Assembly: GCA_049516875.1 (NCBI GenBank)
Contig: JBEKSS010000001.1
Coordinates: forward strand, 160,001 to 224,000
Length of the DNA: 64,000 nt
Source: Candidatus Bathyarchaeia archaeon
GTDB lineage: Archaea > Thermoproteota > Bathyarchaeia > Bathyarchaeales > Bathycorpusculaceae
Direction of reading: 5' to 3'
Part shown: positions 10,303-18,943 of the stretch, piece after piece
Numbering within the stretch: the stretch's first letter is position 1
How the letters are laid out: the number at the start of each line of letters is the position of its first letter
The notes under the pieces: generated by a model
The model's input: only the letters and a program-made list of their open reading frames with translations
The model's database searches: none
Told to the model about the DNA's origin: nothing
Made by a program: the position numbers and the translations under genes

Positions 10303-10728
10303 TCAGCTTAGGCCTCTGAGCTTTATCTGTATCGTGGCTTCCAGAAATATGTAAGCCATCAACATCAGGGCCAATCCGACTATGAGCATCATGTAGGCTT
10401 GTCTTGGTTTGTAGACGTACCTCGTGCTCTGGTATATCACTATCAGTCCGATTACTCCTAAGGAGTAAATGATCGCGGCAATGATGCTGTCGCTCACGAA
10501 CTGTTGGGATAGGTATGGATTGAGGAAGTAGAACTTGTTATTATAGTAGATTGCTGGCACCGGCCTCTGTATCAAATCGTACACACCGCCTGCGAAGAGA
10601 AAAACTGCAAAAGCAATCGCCAATGTCGGAATGAGGAGATTCGACGGCTTGGCGGTCGTAATCGTCCGATAAAGCCTGTTCACTGAAAAGGAGAGTGACG
10701 AGACACGCCTCCTAACTGTTTTTGACAT
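10303..10728 (-). CDS. OST3/OST6-family, OSTC/DC2-like 3-TM membrane protein
   Basis: FLFAGGVYDLI.RP, F.FL...LSQQF..D, YSLGVIGLI, terminal IQIKL pattern match eukaryotic DC2 as recalled. Confidence 0.65.
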   Translation of the reverse strand: MSKTVRRRVSSLSFSVNRLYRTITTAKPSNLLIPTLAIAFAVFLFAGGVYDLIQRPVPAIYYNNKFYFLNPYLSQQFVSDSIIAAIIYSLGVIGLIVIYQSTRYVYKPRQAYMMLIVGLALMLMAYIFLEATIQIKLRGLS

Positions 10729-10945
10729 TCTTTCTATCTTCCACTTCTGTCAAATACTGGGCCACTATTCTTGCCCATTCGCCTGTTAATGGATTCTTAG
10801 CAATCTCTCTTAAATACTCTTTCCAAGAGATCTCCGTCGCCTTCTTCCATCGATCATACTTCTTGATGACGACTTCATAGACTTCTGCATGTAGCTTGCA
10901 ATAGCCCTGCTCACCGACTTCTCTGTTGCATATTGGACATTTCAA
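10712..10945 (-). CDS. small putative zinc-binding protein
   Basis: CPIC...CKLH motif; overlaps both topA and the downstream gene. Confidence 0.7.
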   Translation of the reverse strand: MKCPICNREVGEQGYCKLHAEVYEVVIKKYDRWKKATEISWKEYLREIAKNPLTGEWARIVAQYLTEVEDRKNVKNS

Positions 10946-13022
10946 TTCTTCTCTGCCTCTTTTCTTCTTTCAACGGACAATCTGGATTGAAGCATAGCAC
11001 CCATGATCTTCTTCCTCTAGTTCGAACCTGAACGGTAGGCCAACCGCATACACTGCAGCTTCTGCCATGCAATTTGATTGTGCCTCTTTGCGGGAGAGCA
11101 AATGAGACCTTACACAATCCTTTAAAATAGTTTGTGCAGCCGACGAAGCGTTTCCCAGTTTTCTTCGAATGTATCATCACAAGCTTTCCTGTTTTGCAGA
11201 TTGGGCACGCGCCGATTAGGCTTTCTTCGAGTCTTGCCCTTTCTACGGCATTGCCCAAGCGTTCGCCAATTTCTTCCTCTTTTTGCCTGAACTCCTTCAG
11301 CACCGGCCCAAGAATTTCGATTGCATCGGCCAAAACGTCTTCCCTCTTTTCGCTGCTCTGCCATATCCCATTAATTCTGTCCTCGAGCTCCTTCGTCATT
11401 TCAACAGAGACAACTTTTGGGCAGTGATTCTCTAGGATTCCAAGAACTTCAAAACCCAACTCTGTCACCGTCATGTTCTCGTTTCGCACATATTTCCTTT
11501 CGTAGAGCGTCTGTATTGTATCTGCCCTTGTCGCCTTTGTTCCAATCCCCGCCTCATCCATTTTCTGGAGTAAGCTGCTGGAGTTGTATCGCGGCGGCGG
11601 CCTACTGAACTTGCATTCTACAACGACGTTCTTGAAGTCGACCCGTTCTCCCTCCTTTACTGAAGGCAAGAGAGTTTCATCTGACTTAACGTTAGGCTCG
11701 TAGAACCGTTGCCATCCTTGCTCTAACGTTCGCTCTCCCTTGACATAGAAAGCGTGTCCGTTGACGCTGATGCTTAGTTTCACACTCTGTCTTATCGCGG
11801 GCTCGCCGAAAACAACCATGAATCTTCGAACAACGAGATCCCATATGTTTCTTTCAGGCTTGTCTAGAAGGTGCTCAGGCGGATTTCCGGTCGGGTAGAT
11901 GGCTGGGTGAGCAGGGTCTTCTCTGCCTCCCTCGTGGGGCTTCAGCACTGGTTTAGCAAGAAGCTCTGCTGTGAGTTTCCTGTATTCTTGGACCTTGTTC
12001 AAGTTCTTAAGAATTGATCGATAGTTTATTGTTGGTGGAAGTTTTTGGCTACTGGTTCGCGGGTAAGAGATTAACGCGTCCAGATACAAACGTTGAGCCG
12101 TATCCAAGGTTTTTTTGGGGCTGTATCCAAACAAATTGTAAGCCTCAACCTGTAAGCTCCCTAAATCAAAAGGTACGGGTGCAGACTGCTGAAATCGTCT
12201 GATTTCTACCTTTTCAATTTTTCCGCTTCCTTTGCAAGCGTTTGAAACGATGCTTGCTTCTTTCTTGGTCTCTATTATTCTCTTTGCGCATTTGGCTACG
12301 CAGGTCTGTCCGCTTATTTCGATGTGTGCTCTGATTTGCCAGTATGGCGTGGGCACGAAGCTTCTGATGGACTTTTCTCTTGAAACTAAGAATTTCAGGA
12401 GGGGACCTTGAACTCGACCCGTGCTCAATGTCCTGTACTTTCCACTCCAGTTTTTTGCCGCCAATGTCAGAGCTCTTGAGAGATTGATTCCGTAAAGCCA
12501 GTCAACTTCATGCCTCGCCCTGCCGGCCTCTATGAGTGCAAAGTCCAAATGCGGCAGCGACTCAACGTAGGATTTTTCCAGCTCTTCCTTGGTCAAGGTG
12601 GAGTATTTCATGCGCCTTGACATTTTTTCTTTGTCGCCACAAGCATACTTCAGTATGCAGTATCCGATGATGCTTCCTTCCATGTCGTAGTCACACGCGT
12701 CAACAAACGCGTCAGCTTCTTTGGACAGCTTCGTGATTACTTGAAGCCACACGCGGACACGCTCTGTTCCTTTCTCTGCGAGGAATCGAGGCACCCATTT
12801 GAAATTGAAAACAGGGTAAGAACTTCTTCCCTTCGTTTCTGCAGAAACGGTGTAAAGGTGTCCAAGTGCAGGTACAATCGCGATCTCTTTATCGCGTGTA
12901 ACCAGGTAATAGGGCACGCCGTTGTCTTCCATTCTCCTCGCTTTTTGGCTCATCTCCAAGGCTGAGGCTATTCTTTGGGCAGCATCCGGCTTTTCAGTGA
13001 TGATGAGGGTGTATTTTCCCAT
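10911..13022 (-). CDS. topA: DNA topoisomerase type IA with C-terminal zinc ribbons
   Basis: IITEKP, ACDYDMEG (TOPRIM), STGRVQ, ISYPRT catalytic Tyr, GIGTKATR, C4 zinc ribbons. Confidence 0.96.
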   Translation of the reverse strand: MGKYTLIITEKPDAAQRIASALEMSQKARRMEDNGVPYYLVTRDKEIAIVPALGHLYTVSAETKGRSSYPVFNFKWVPRFLAEKGTERVRVWLQVITKLSKEADAFVDACDYDMEGSIIGYCILKYACGDKEKMSRRMKYSTLTKEELEKSYVESLPHLDFALIEAGRARHEVDWLYGINLSRALTLAAKNWSGKYRTLSTGRVQGPLLKFLVSREKSIRSFVPTPYWQIRAHIEISGQTCVAKCAKRIIETKKEASIVSNACKGSGKIEKVEIRRFQQSAPVPFDLGSLQVEAYNLFGYSPKKTLDTAQRLYLDALISYPRTSSQKLPPTINYRSILKNLNKVQEYRKLTAELLAKPVLKPHEGGREDPAHPAIYPTGNPPEHLLDKPERNIWDLVVRRFMVVFGEPAIRQSVKLSISVNGHAFYVKGERTLEQGWQRFYEPNVKSDETLLPSVKEGERVDFKNVVVECKFSRPPPRYNSSSLLQKMDEAGIGTKATRADTIQTLYERKYVRNENMTVTELGFEVLGILENHCPKVVSVEMTKELEDRINGIWQSSEKREDVLADAIEILGPVLKEFRQKEEEIGERLGNAVERARLEESLIGACPICKTGKLVMIHSKKTGKRFVGCTNYFKGLCKVSFALPQRGTIKLHGRSCSVCGWPTVQVRTRGRRSWVLCFNPDCPLKEEKRQRRIEMSNMQQRSR

Positions 13023-13533
13023 GGCTGATACAGACCGCGCGAACTTGCTTAATATCCGTCTGTCTCTTTGAAGCATCTGTCCTGATCAGGATATTGAACT
13101 TTTCCTCTTTTGAACCTTCTTCAGCGTTAAGTTTCTAAGCCGCACTTTCGATTCTGGGAATTCTCAGTACAATCTAATGTTGGCAGAATCCTTCTTTGTC
13201 TTTACACGCTGTTCTAATATCAAGATTGGAGAGTTTCTTAGCCTCATTGTTTGTAATATAGAAGTTCCCAAGACCCGTCTTATTCTGCATGTGATATAGA
13301 GCGCGGTGATTATCTCCCAACTCATCACAAAGTACGTGTGCTCCACTGGAATAGGGACAGTCGTCACCATTGCTGAAGTTCTTCAACCAATAACGCGCCC
13401 GAGAGCATGGAGGAAGGGAATGCGCAAAGGTGACTTGCCTTCCTTAGTGTGAATTGTTAACTCGCCGTTCTAGCAATCGATAAATACGGCATAAACATTT
13501 AGTTCATTCACTGACAAGCGGAGTACAATGTTT

Positions 13534-13698
13534 ATGCCCCAACGCGTTACCTGTCAAGGCTGTGGCCAGGTGCTGTATGAAGGACCCGAACTCAAACCCC
13601 CCGACGAAATTTTGCACGAACACGAAGGCAAATGTCCCGGTTGTGGCAAGAAACTCTCATTCGTACCCATAGATGTAAACGTGAAACCTATGAAATAA
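13534..13698 (+). CDS. 54-aa zinc-ribbon protein (below the ORF-track cutoff)
   Basis: MPQRVTCQGCGQVLYEGPELKPPDEILHEHEGKCPGCGKKLSFVPIDVNVKPMK, two CxxC motifs; directly upstream of gcvT. Confidence 0.8.
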   Translation: MPQRVTCQGCGQVLYEGPELKPPDEILHEHEGKCPGCGKKLSFVPIDVNVKPMK

Positions 13699-13719
13699 TC
13701 GGTTCCTGGGGAAGCAGAC

Positions 13720-14868
13720 TTGAACGGAGAGAATCGTCGAACCCAACTTTACGAGATGCATCGAAAAACTGGGAAGCTAACGGTTTTCGCCGGCTTTGAG
13801 ATGCCAATGTACTACAAAGATATAACGCCTGAGCATCTGGCTGTACGAAACAGCGTCGGCGTCTTCGACATCAGTCACATGGGAAGAGTAATGGTTACAG
13901 GCATTGACTCTGAACGCTTGCTAAATTATGTGATAACAAACGACGTTTCAATGTTGCAGCCCAACGCCGCACAGTACTCGGTTATGTGCAACGATAAGGG
14001 AGGCATAATTGACGACTTTGTTCTTTACCGGTTGGAAAACGAGAAGTTCCTGGTAGTTTTCAATGCGAGCAACCGCGAAAAAGACCATGGCTGGCTAGTT
14101 GAGTATGCTAGAGGTTTCGACGTAAAAATTGAAGAAATCTCTGAAAGCGTCGCGATGTTTGCAGTTCAAGGTCCGAGCGCCGAAAAAACGTTGCAGAAAA
14201 TCTCCACTGAAGATCTGAGCAAGATTGGAAGATTCAAGTGTGGACATTCCAAGTTAGCCGACGTTGAAGTCTTTCTGTCTAGAACGGGTTACACCGGTGA
14301 AGACGGGTTCGAAGTCTTCGTCTGGAACGCTTCACTTGCAAAACCAGACAACGCCGTGAGATTGTGGAAAGCCATTCTTGAAGCTGGCAAGACTTTAGGG
14401 ATAGAACCTTGTGGTTTAGGAGCAAGGGATACTTTAAGACTTGAAGCTGGACTGTGCCTGTACGGAAACGACATAGATGAAAGCACAACACCGCTTGAAG
14501 CCACATTGGGCTTTGTCGTAAAACTGCAGAAGAACCGGTTTATAGGAAAACAAGTTTTGCTGAAGCAGAAGGCTGAAGGAGTGAAACGCAAGCGCGTTGG
14601 AATAAGAATGACAGATCAGGGAATACCTCGACAAGGTTTTGAAATCTACTCAGAAATTGGAGAGAAAATAGGTCAGGTTACAAGCGGAACGTTTTCTCCT
14701 TTGCTGAGGTTTGGAATCGGCATGGGCTACGTTGAGACCCCTTATGCTCAGGAGGGAAGGGCGGTAGGCGTGAGAATACGCGACAAAACCGCAAAGAGCA
14801 AGATAGTGGGGTTACCATTTTACGACACTGAAAAATACGGGTTCAAACGTAAAGCGATCAATGCTTGA
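13720..14868 (+). CDS. gcvT: glycine cleavage system aminomethyltransferase T
   Basis: FAGFEMP, GVFDISHMG, SRTGYTGEDGFE, GLGARDTLRLEAG, VTSGTFSP. Confidence 0.96.
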   Translation: MNGENRRTQLYEMHRKTGKLTVFAGFEMPMYYKDITPEHLAVRNSVGVFDISHMGRVMVTGIDSERLLNYVITNDVSMLQPNAAQYSVMCNDKGGIIDDFVLYRLENEKFLVVFNASNREKDHGWLVEYARGFDVKIEEISESVAMFAVQGPSAEKTLQKISTEDLSKIGRFKCGHSKLADVEVFLSRTGYTGEDGFEVFVWNASLAKPDNAVRLWKAILEAGKTLGIEPCGLGARDTLRLEAGLCLYGNDIDESTTPLEATLGFVVKLQKNRFIGKQVLLKQKAEGVKRKRVGIRMTDQGIPRQGFEIYSEIGEKIGQVTSGTFSPLLRFGIGMGYVETPYAQEGRAVGVRIRDKTAKSKIVGLPFYDTEKYGFKRKAINA

Positions 14869-15011
14869 AACTGAGGATTCGCTTCGATGATCGTTTTCTC
14901 TGGAAAGGTATATACCAATGGCTTATGCCATCTAAACCATCCTTCAAGAGCCATCTAACCGCAAGGGAAATAAAACACTTCAGTAGAGTCTGTAAGAGGA
15001 ATGAATCTGAG

Positions 15012-17273
15012 ATGAAGCTTCCCAACGTCCTGTCCAAAGAAGGCGCGATTAACGGTTTGAAGAATCTGGGAAAACTGCGAGTCAAAATCAGCCGCACTTC
15101 GCTACTGACTTTCGCGGCGTTGATGCTCATACTGTTCGTCGCTTTCACCATACGGATTCTTCCTATCCGTTGGGAAATAGGATCAGACGTGATACACCTG
15201 TCCGAATTTGACGCGTTTTTTGAATTTCGCATAGGGAGCTATATGGTAAACAATGGACTGTTTTCGCCCTTTTGGCCAAAGCTGTGGGTTGATACTCAAC
15301 TTTGGGCCCCACAGGGAATCAACATGGGCTCAAATTCACTTCCTTCGATACCTATGACAGGAGCTTTTCTTTATGATTTAATCACTCTCTTGGGTGTCAA
15401 TATAAATTTTATGAGCTTCTGTGCACTTATGCCTCCGATATTCGGCACATTGTGTGTTTTGATCATGTATTTCATCGGAAAGGAATTCGGAGGAAAATCC
15501 GTCGGAATGCTTGCCGCACTTATCCTAGCTCTAGACGCATCTTTCATCTCAAGAACCAACTTGGGCTGGTTTGAAACTGAAACAGCTACATTTTCCTTTC
15601 TTCTGTGCTTTCTGGTGTTTCCAAAGGCAATAGAGGAAGAGAGATCCATCGGTTCGTCGGTGAAATACTCGCTCGTCTCTGCAGCATGCCTGGCCTACTT
15701 CATATTGGGGTGGGGCGCAGCATATTATCTGGTAGATTTGGTAGCGCTTTACGTTTTTGTTTTGATTCTGATGAGGAGGTATACGAAGCGCATTTTCTTG
15801 GCGTACAGTGTAACGTTTGGGTTGGGACTCTTGATAGCGATGAGTGCTCCCTTCCTGGGAATAGATTACCCAATAAGCTATGCAATATTACCCGTTGCGG
15901 GCGTCTTTATCTTGCTTTGCCTAAGCGAAGTTTTGCACAATCTGACGTCGGCAAGAGAGAGGTTCATACTTACTGTAACAGTCATAGCGGCCCTGATCGG
16001 CACCTTCGTCGCTATTTCCGCCTTAGGATACACAGGCAGCATAGCGGGCAAGTTTCTAACAGTTATAAACCCCTTACTGCGAAGTGCGAGCCCACTCGTA
16101 GAATCTGTCGCCGAGCACGGAATATCCGCTTGGGGCTCAATGTATTATGACCTAGGCATATTGATAATATTCTTCATCGTTGGACTGTATTTCATTTCGA
16201 GGAATCTTGGTAACAAGAACCTGTTCTTGTTACTCTTCGGTTTGACATCTCTGTATTTCTCTGCATCCATGGTGCGCTTGCTTTTCCTCCTGGCACCAGC
16301 CTTCGGCCTCATCTCTGCTGTTGGAATAATAGGCGTGCTAAGACCATTCATCGCGATGTTGAAGGAACCTCCAAAGATAACAGCAAAGAAGTTTCGTTTA
16401 GAACATGTTGGAAAAGAATTCAGCGGAACTGCCGTTTTCCTGATATTCCTAATTTTAATGACACAATTTGCTTTCTCGCCCCAATCTGGTGGTATACCCA
16501 AAGTGTACAGCCAAGCTTATGCTCCTTTGACAGTTTCAGCAGCCAGTCTTCCGATAGTTCCCAACGGGCCAGTGACGGAATGGCTGGACATGCTCGCGTG
16601 GACGAAGAGTAACCTCAATCCGACTGATGTTGTTGACGCTTGGTGGGACTATGGATTCTGGTTAACAATTCTGGGAAATGTAACGACGCTTAACGACAAC
16701 GCAACAATAAACGACACGCAGATAGAAAACGTAGGCTTCACGATGATAGCCAACGAGACTGAATCGCTAAATATGTTGAAGCTGTACCACGCGAAATACA
16801 TTCTCGTTTTCACCACTCTGTCTCTGACAACACAAAGCGGTTATACATATGCCGTTGAAGCCGGTTACGGCGACGAAGGCAAATGGACATGGATGGCAAG
16901 AATCTCCGGGCAGAGCGCGCACGAGTCGGGACTGGGTAATGTTAGCAAATGGCCGGGATGGAATTGGACTGATGAAAGCGCTTTCGGGAGCTACGTCAAC
17001 ACTACGACCTATTGGCCGAATAATTGGGCTTGGAATCAGCAGGGATACAACACGACAATTTACAAATTGATGACTTGGGCAAGAAGCCTGTATTGCAACG
17101 CGCAGGGAGTGATTGACCCGGACGCGGGCAATGTCACTACAGTTAACGACCTAGGATACTTTGAACCGGCATACATTGCCGGGTTGACTCTTACCCCAAC
17201 AGACGCCAGTAGTAAATATGGCAACTTGGTTCCACTCGTCGCCCTGTACAAGATAAAGTATCCCGACGGATGA
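15012..17273 (+). CDS. aglB: oligosaccharyltransferase AglB/STT3
   Basis: EFDAFF, SVAEH, WWDYG, NDNAT, GDEGKWTWMARI; multi-TM N-terminal half; ATG at 15012 preferred over 14865. Confidence 0.94.
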   Translation: MKLPNVLSKEGAINGLKNLGKLRVKISRTSLLTFAALMLILFVAFTIRILPIRWEIGSDVIHLSEFDAFFEFRIGSYMVNNGLFSPFWPKLWVDTQLWAPQGINMGSNSLPSIPMTGAFLYDLITLLGVNINFMSFCALMPPIFGTLCVLIMYFIGKEFGGKSVGMLAALILALDASFISRTNLGWFETETATFSFLLCFLVFPKAIEEERSIGSSVKYSLVSAACLAYFILGWGAAYYLVDLVALYVFVLILMRRYTKRIFLAYSVTFGLGLLIAMSAPFLGIDYPISYAILPVAGVFILLCLSEVLHNLTSARERFILTVTVIAALIGTFVAISALGYTGSIAGKFLTVINPLLRSASPLVESVAEHGISAWGSMYYDLGILIIFFIVGLYFISRNLGNKNLFLLLFGLTSLYFSASMVRLLFLLAPAFGLISAVGIIGVLRPFIAMLKEPPKITAKKFRLEHVGKEFSGTAVFLIFLILMTQFAFSPQSGGIPKVYSQAYAPLTVSAASLPIVPNGPVTEWLDMLAWTKSNLNPTDVVDAWWDYGFWLTILGNVTTLNDNATINDTQIENVGFTMIANETESLNMLKLYHAKYILVFTTLSLTTQSGYTYAVEAGYGDEGKWTWMARISGQSAHESGLGNVSKWPGWNWTDESAFGSYVNTTTYWPNNWAWNQQGYNTTIYKLMTWARSLYCNAQGVIDPDAGNVTTVNDLGYFEPAYIAGLTLTPTDASSKYGNLVPLVALYKIKYPDG

Positions 17274-18163
17274 AGGATGACGATTTGTTTCCGAGAGCCC
17301 CTGACCAACATAAACCAAACAGACCGCTGGTTCCGAACGGTTTAGGCGTCATCTACGTCATCATCAGCACCGTGTACATTTTTCTCCTGTATTTCTTTGA
17401 CGTAAGGTTCAGCGTCGCTGACGGTGTCTCTGCGTCTCTGACATTGGCGGTGTGCATCTTGTTCGGCGGCTTCATGGGTCTTCTAGATGACTGGATGGAT
17501 CTTAAGTGGCGATACAAGGCTTTCCTTCCACTGATAGCGGCCATACCGCTTGCTACTTTTGCAAGTTCCAACCCTGCAGTGCGTACTGCTATAGCTCTCC
17601 CCCTTCTAGGGACCATACACTTCGGGAGCTACTATTATTTCATAATCATTCCAATCCTCGTGACGATAATTACGAACACTGTGAATCAGCTTGGCGGTTT
17701 GAACGGTTTAGAAACAATATGTCCCGCGATAGTTATGATCGGGCTAATGTCCATCTCAGGGTCTTATGCAATCCTCTTGCTCTGTCCATTAATCGTTTGG
17801 CTGATACTTGCGTTCCTCAATTTTCGGGGGAGGATCTTCGTTGGCAACACTGGATCCTTTGCCATAGGGATAACAATCGCTGCTTTTGCAATCATCTCGG
17901 ATCTAAAGTTCGATTTGGTAATCTCGGTTTTGCCATACATATTCAATTCAGCTTTAATCCTCTTGACATTCTTCTTCTACAGGACTAAGGCCAACGTTTC
18001 CTTTGACGGCAAACGACTCGTGTCAAACCACAGAAGAAGCCTGATAACGCTCCTCACCTTTAACCATCCGCTGACCGAAAAACAGATAGTCGCAATAATC
18101 TCTCTTTTAATGGTGGCTACAACTTTCGCAGCTGTACTTGCCCGACGACTGTTAATGCTCTGA
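17270..18163 (+). CDS. MraY/GPT-family polyprenyl-phosphate HexNAc-1-P transferase (AglH-like)
   Basis: PDQHKP..P.VP, GLLDDW, NTVNQLGGLNGLE, IFVGNTGS; ATGA overlap with aglB. Confidence 0.85.
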   Translation: MKDDDLFPRAPDQHKPNRPLVPNGLGVIYVIISTVYIFLLYFFDVRFSVADGVSASLTLAVCILFGGFMGLLDDWMDLKWRYKAFLPLIAAIPLATFASSNPAVRTAIALPLLGTIHFGSYYYFIIIPILVTIITNTVNQLGGLNGLETICPAIVMIGLMSISGSYAILLLCPLIVWLILAFLNFRGRIFVGNTGSFAIGITIAAFAIISDLKFDLVISVLPYIFNSALILLTFFFYRTKANVSFDGKRLVSNHRRSLITLLTFNHPLTEKQIVAIISLLMVATTFAAVLARRLLML

Positions 18164-18265
18164 CGCCTTGCACACGCTCCACAGTATTTGTGGCACAATG
18201 CATTCAGGGCATAGGATTATAGGGACCAGTAGCGCCCGCCCAAGCTTCTTGCGAGCTTTCTAGGC

Positions 18266-18277
18266 AAGATTTAATAA
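18266..18277 (+). promoter_or_regulatory. probable BRE/TATA promoter of queT
   Basis: AAGA-TTTAATAA about 30 nt upstream of the structured leader and about 100 nt upstream of the start codon. Confidence 0.5.
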
Positions 18278-18300
18278 CTCATATGTAAGAAGTGAGCATA

Positions 18301-18372
18301 GAAGTATCCGGCGGGTGAGTGGGCCTCCACCCGTTCCGCCACAATAAACCCCGGAGTAGGAGGTGCATGTAG
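18301..18372 (+). ncRNA. candidate structured 5' leader / riboswitch of queT
   Basis: TCCGG 18307-11 pairs with CCGGA 18351-55; CGGGTG 18312-17 pairs with CACCCG 18328-33; loop GCCTC(C) is complementary to SD GGAGGT 18359-64. Confidence 0.5.
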
Positions 18373-18927
18373 TTGAAATTTGATACTAGGGACATCACTC
18401 TAACTGTTGTTTTCACGGGGTTATATGCCATGATTAATTTTATGCAATTGTATTCTCCTTTCGGGAATCCTTCGATCTACGGACCCGTGCAGTTACGTCT
18501 CTCAGACTTCTTAATCGCGTTGGCTGCTTTGCTGGGAATGCCTGTCGTCATCGGAGTTACATTAGGATGTGTTGTGGTTAATGCATTTGGATCAATAGGG
18601 CCGATTGACATAGTCTTTGGTTCCCTTGCCAATCTCATAGCAGCAACTCTTGTGATGCTGCTTAGAAAACGCAGGTTACCAGCATGTATTGTAGGTGCAA
18701 TGCCTATAGGAGTAATTGTTGGAGGCGGATATCTATGGATGTTCTACCCTTACCAGACTGCAGAACTCGCGTTCTTGCCTGCTTGGATTGCGACACTAGT
18801 CAGTATTACGATCAGCAGCTTGATAGCTGTCGCGTTCATAGGCTACGCAGTTCTACGAATATTGAGCAGACCGGCAATCATCGAACCGCTGAAATCACGT
18901 GGACTTAAGACACTGGAAAAGAACTAA
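18373..18927 (+). CDS. queT: QueT-family (COG4708) ECF S-component, queuosine-precursor-type transporter
   Basis: SIYGPVQLRLSDFL (GxxQxRxSE motif), GVTLGCVVVNAF, DIVFGSLANL; strong SD GGAGGTG. Confidence 0.85.
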   Translation: MKFDTRDITLTVVFTGLYAMINFMQLYSPFGNPSIYGPVQLRLSDFLIALAALLGMPVVIGVTLGCVVVNAFGSIGPIDIVFGSLANLIAATLVMLLRKRRLPACIVGAMPIGVIVGGGYLWMFYPYQTAELAFLPAWIATLVSITISSLIAVAFIGYAVLRILSRPAIIEPLKSRGLKTLEKN

Positions 18928-18943
18928 GGGGATTGAAACCTCT

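Noticed and set aside
13164-13450. Short minus-strand ORFs and an AGGAAG/CTTCCT stem-loop upstream of topA
   Set aside because: No recognisable protein motif and no RNase P, SRP or tRNA signature; the stem is short enough to be chance
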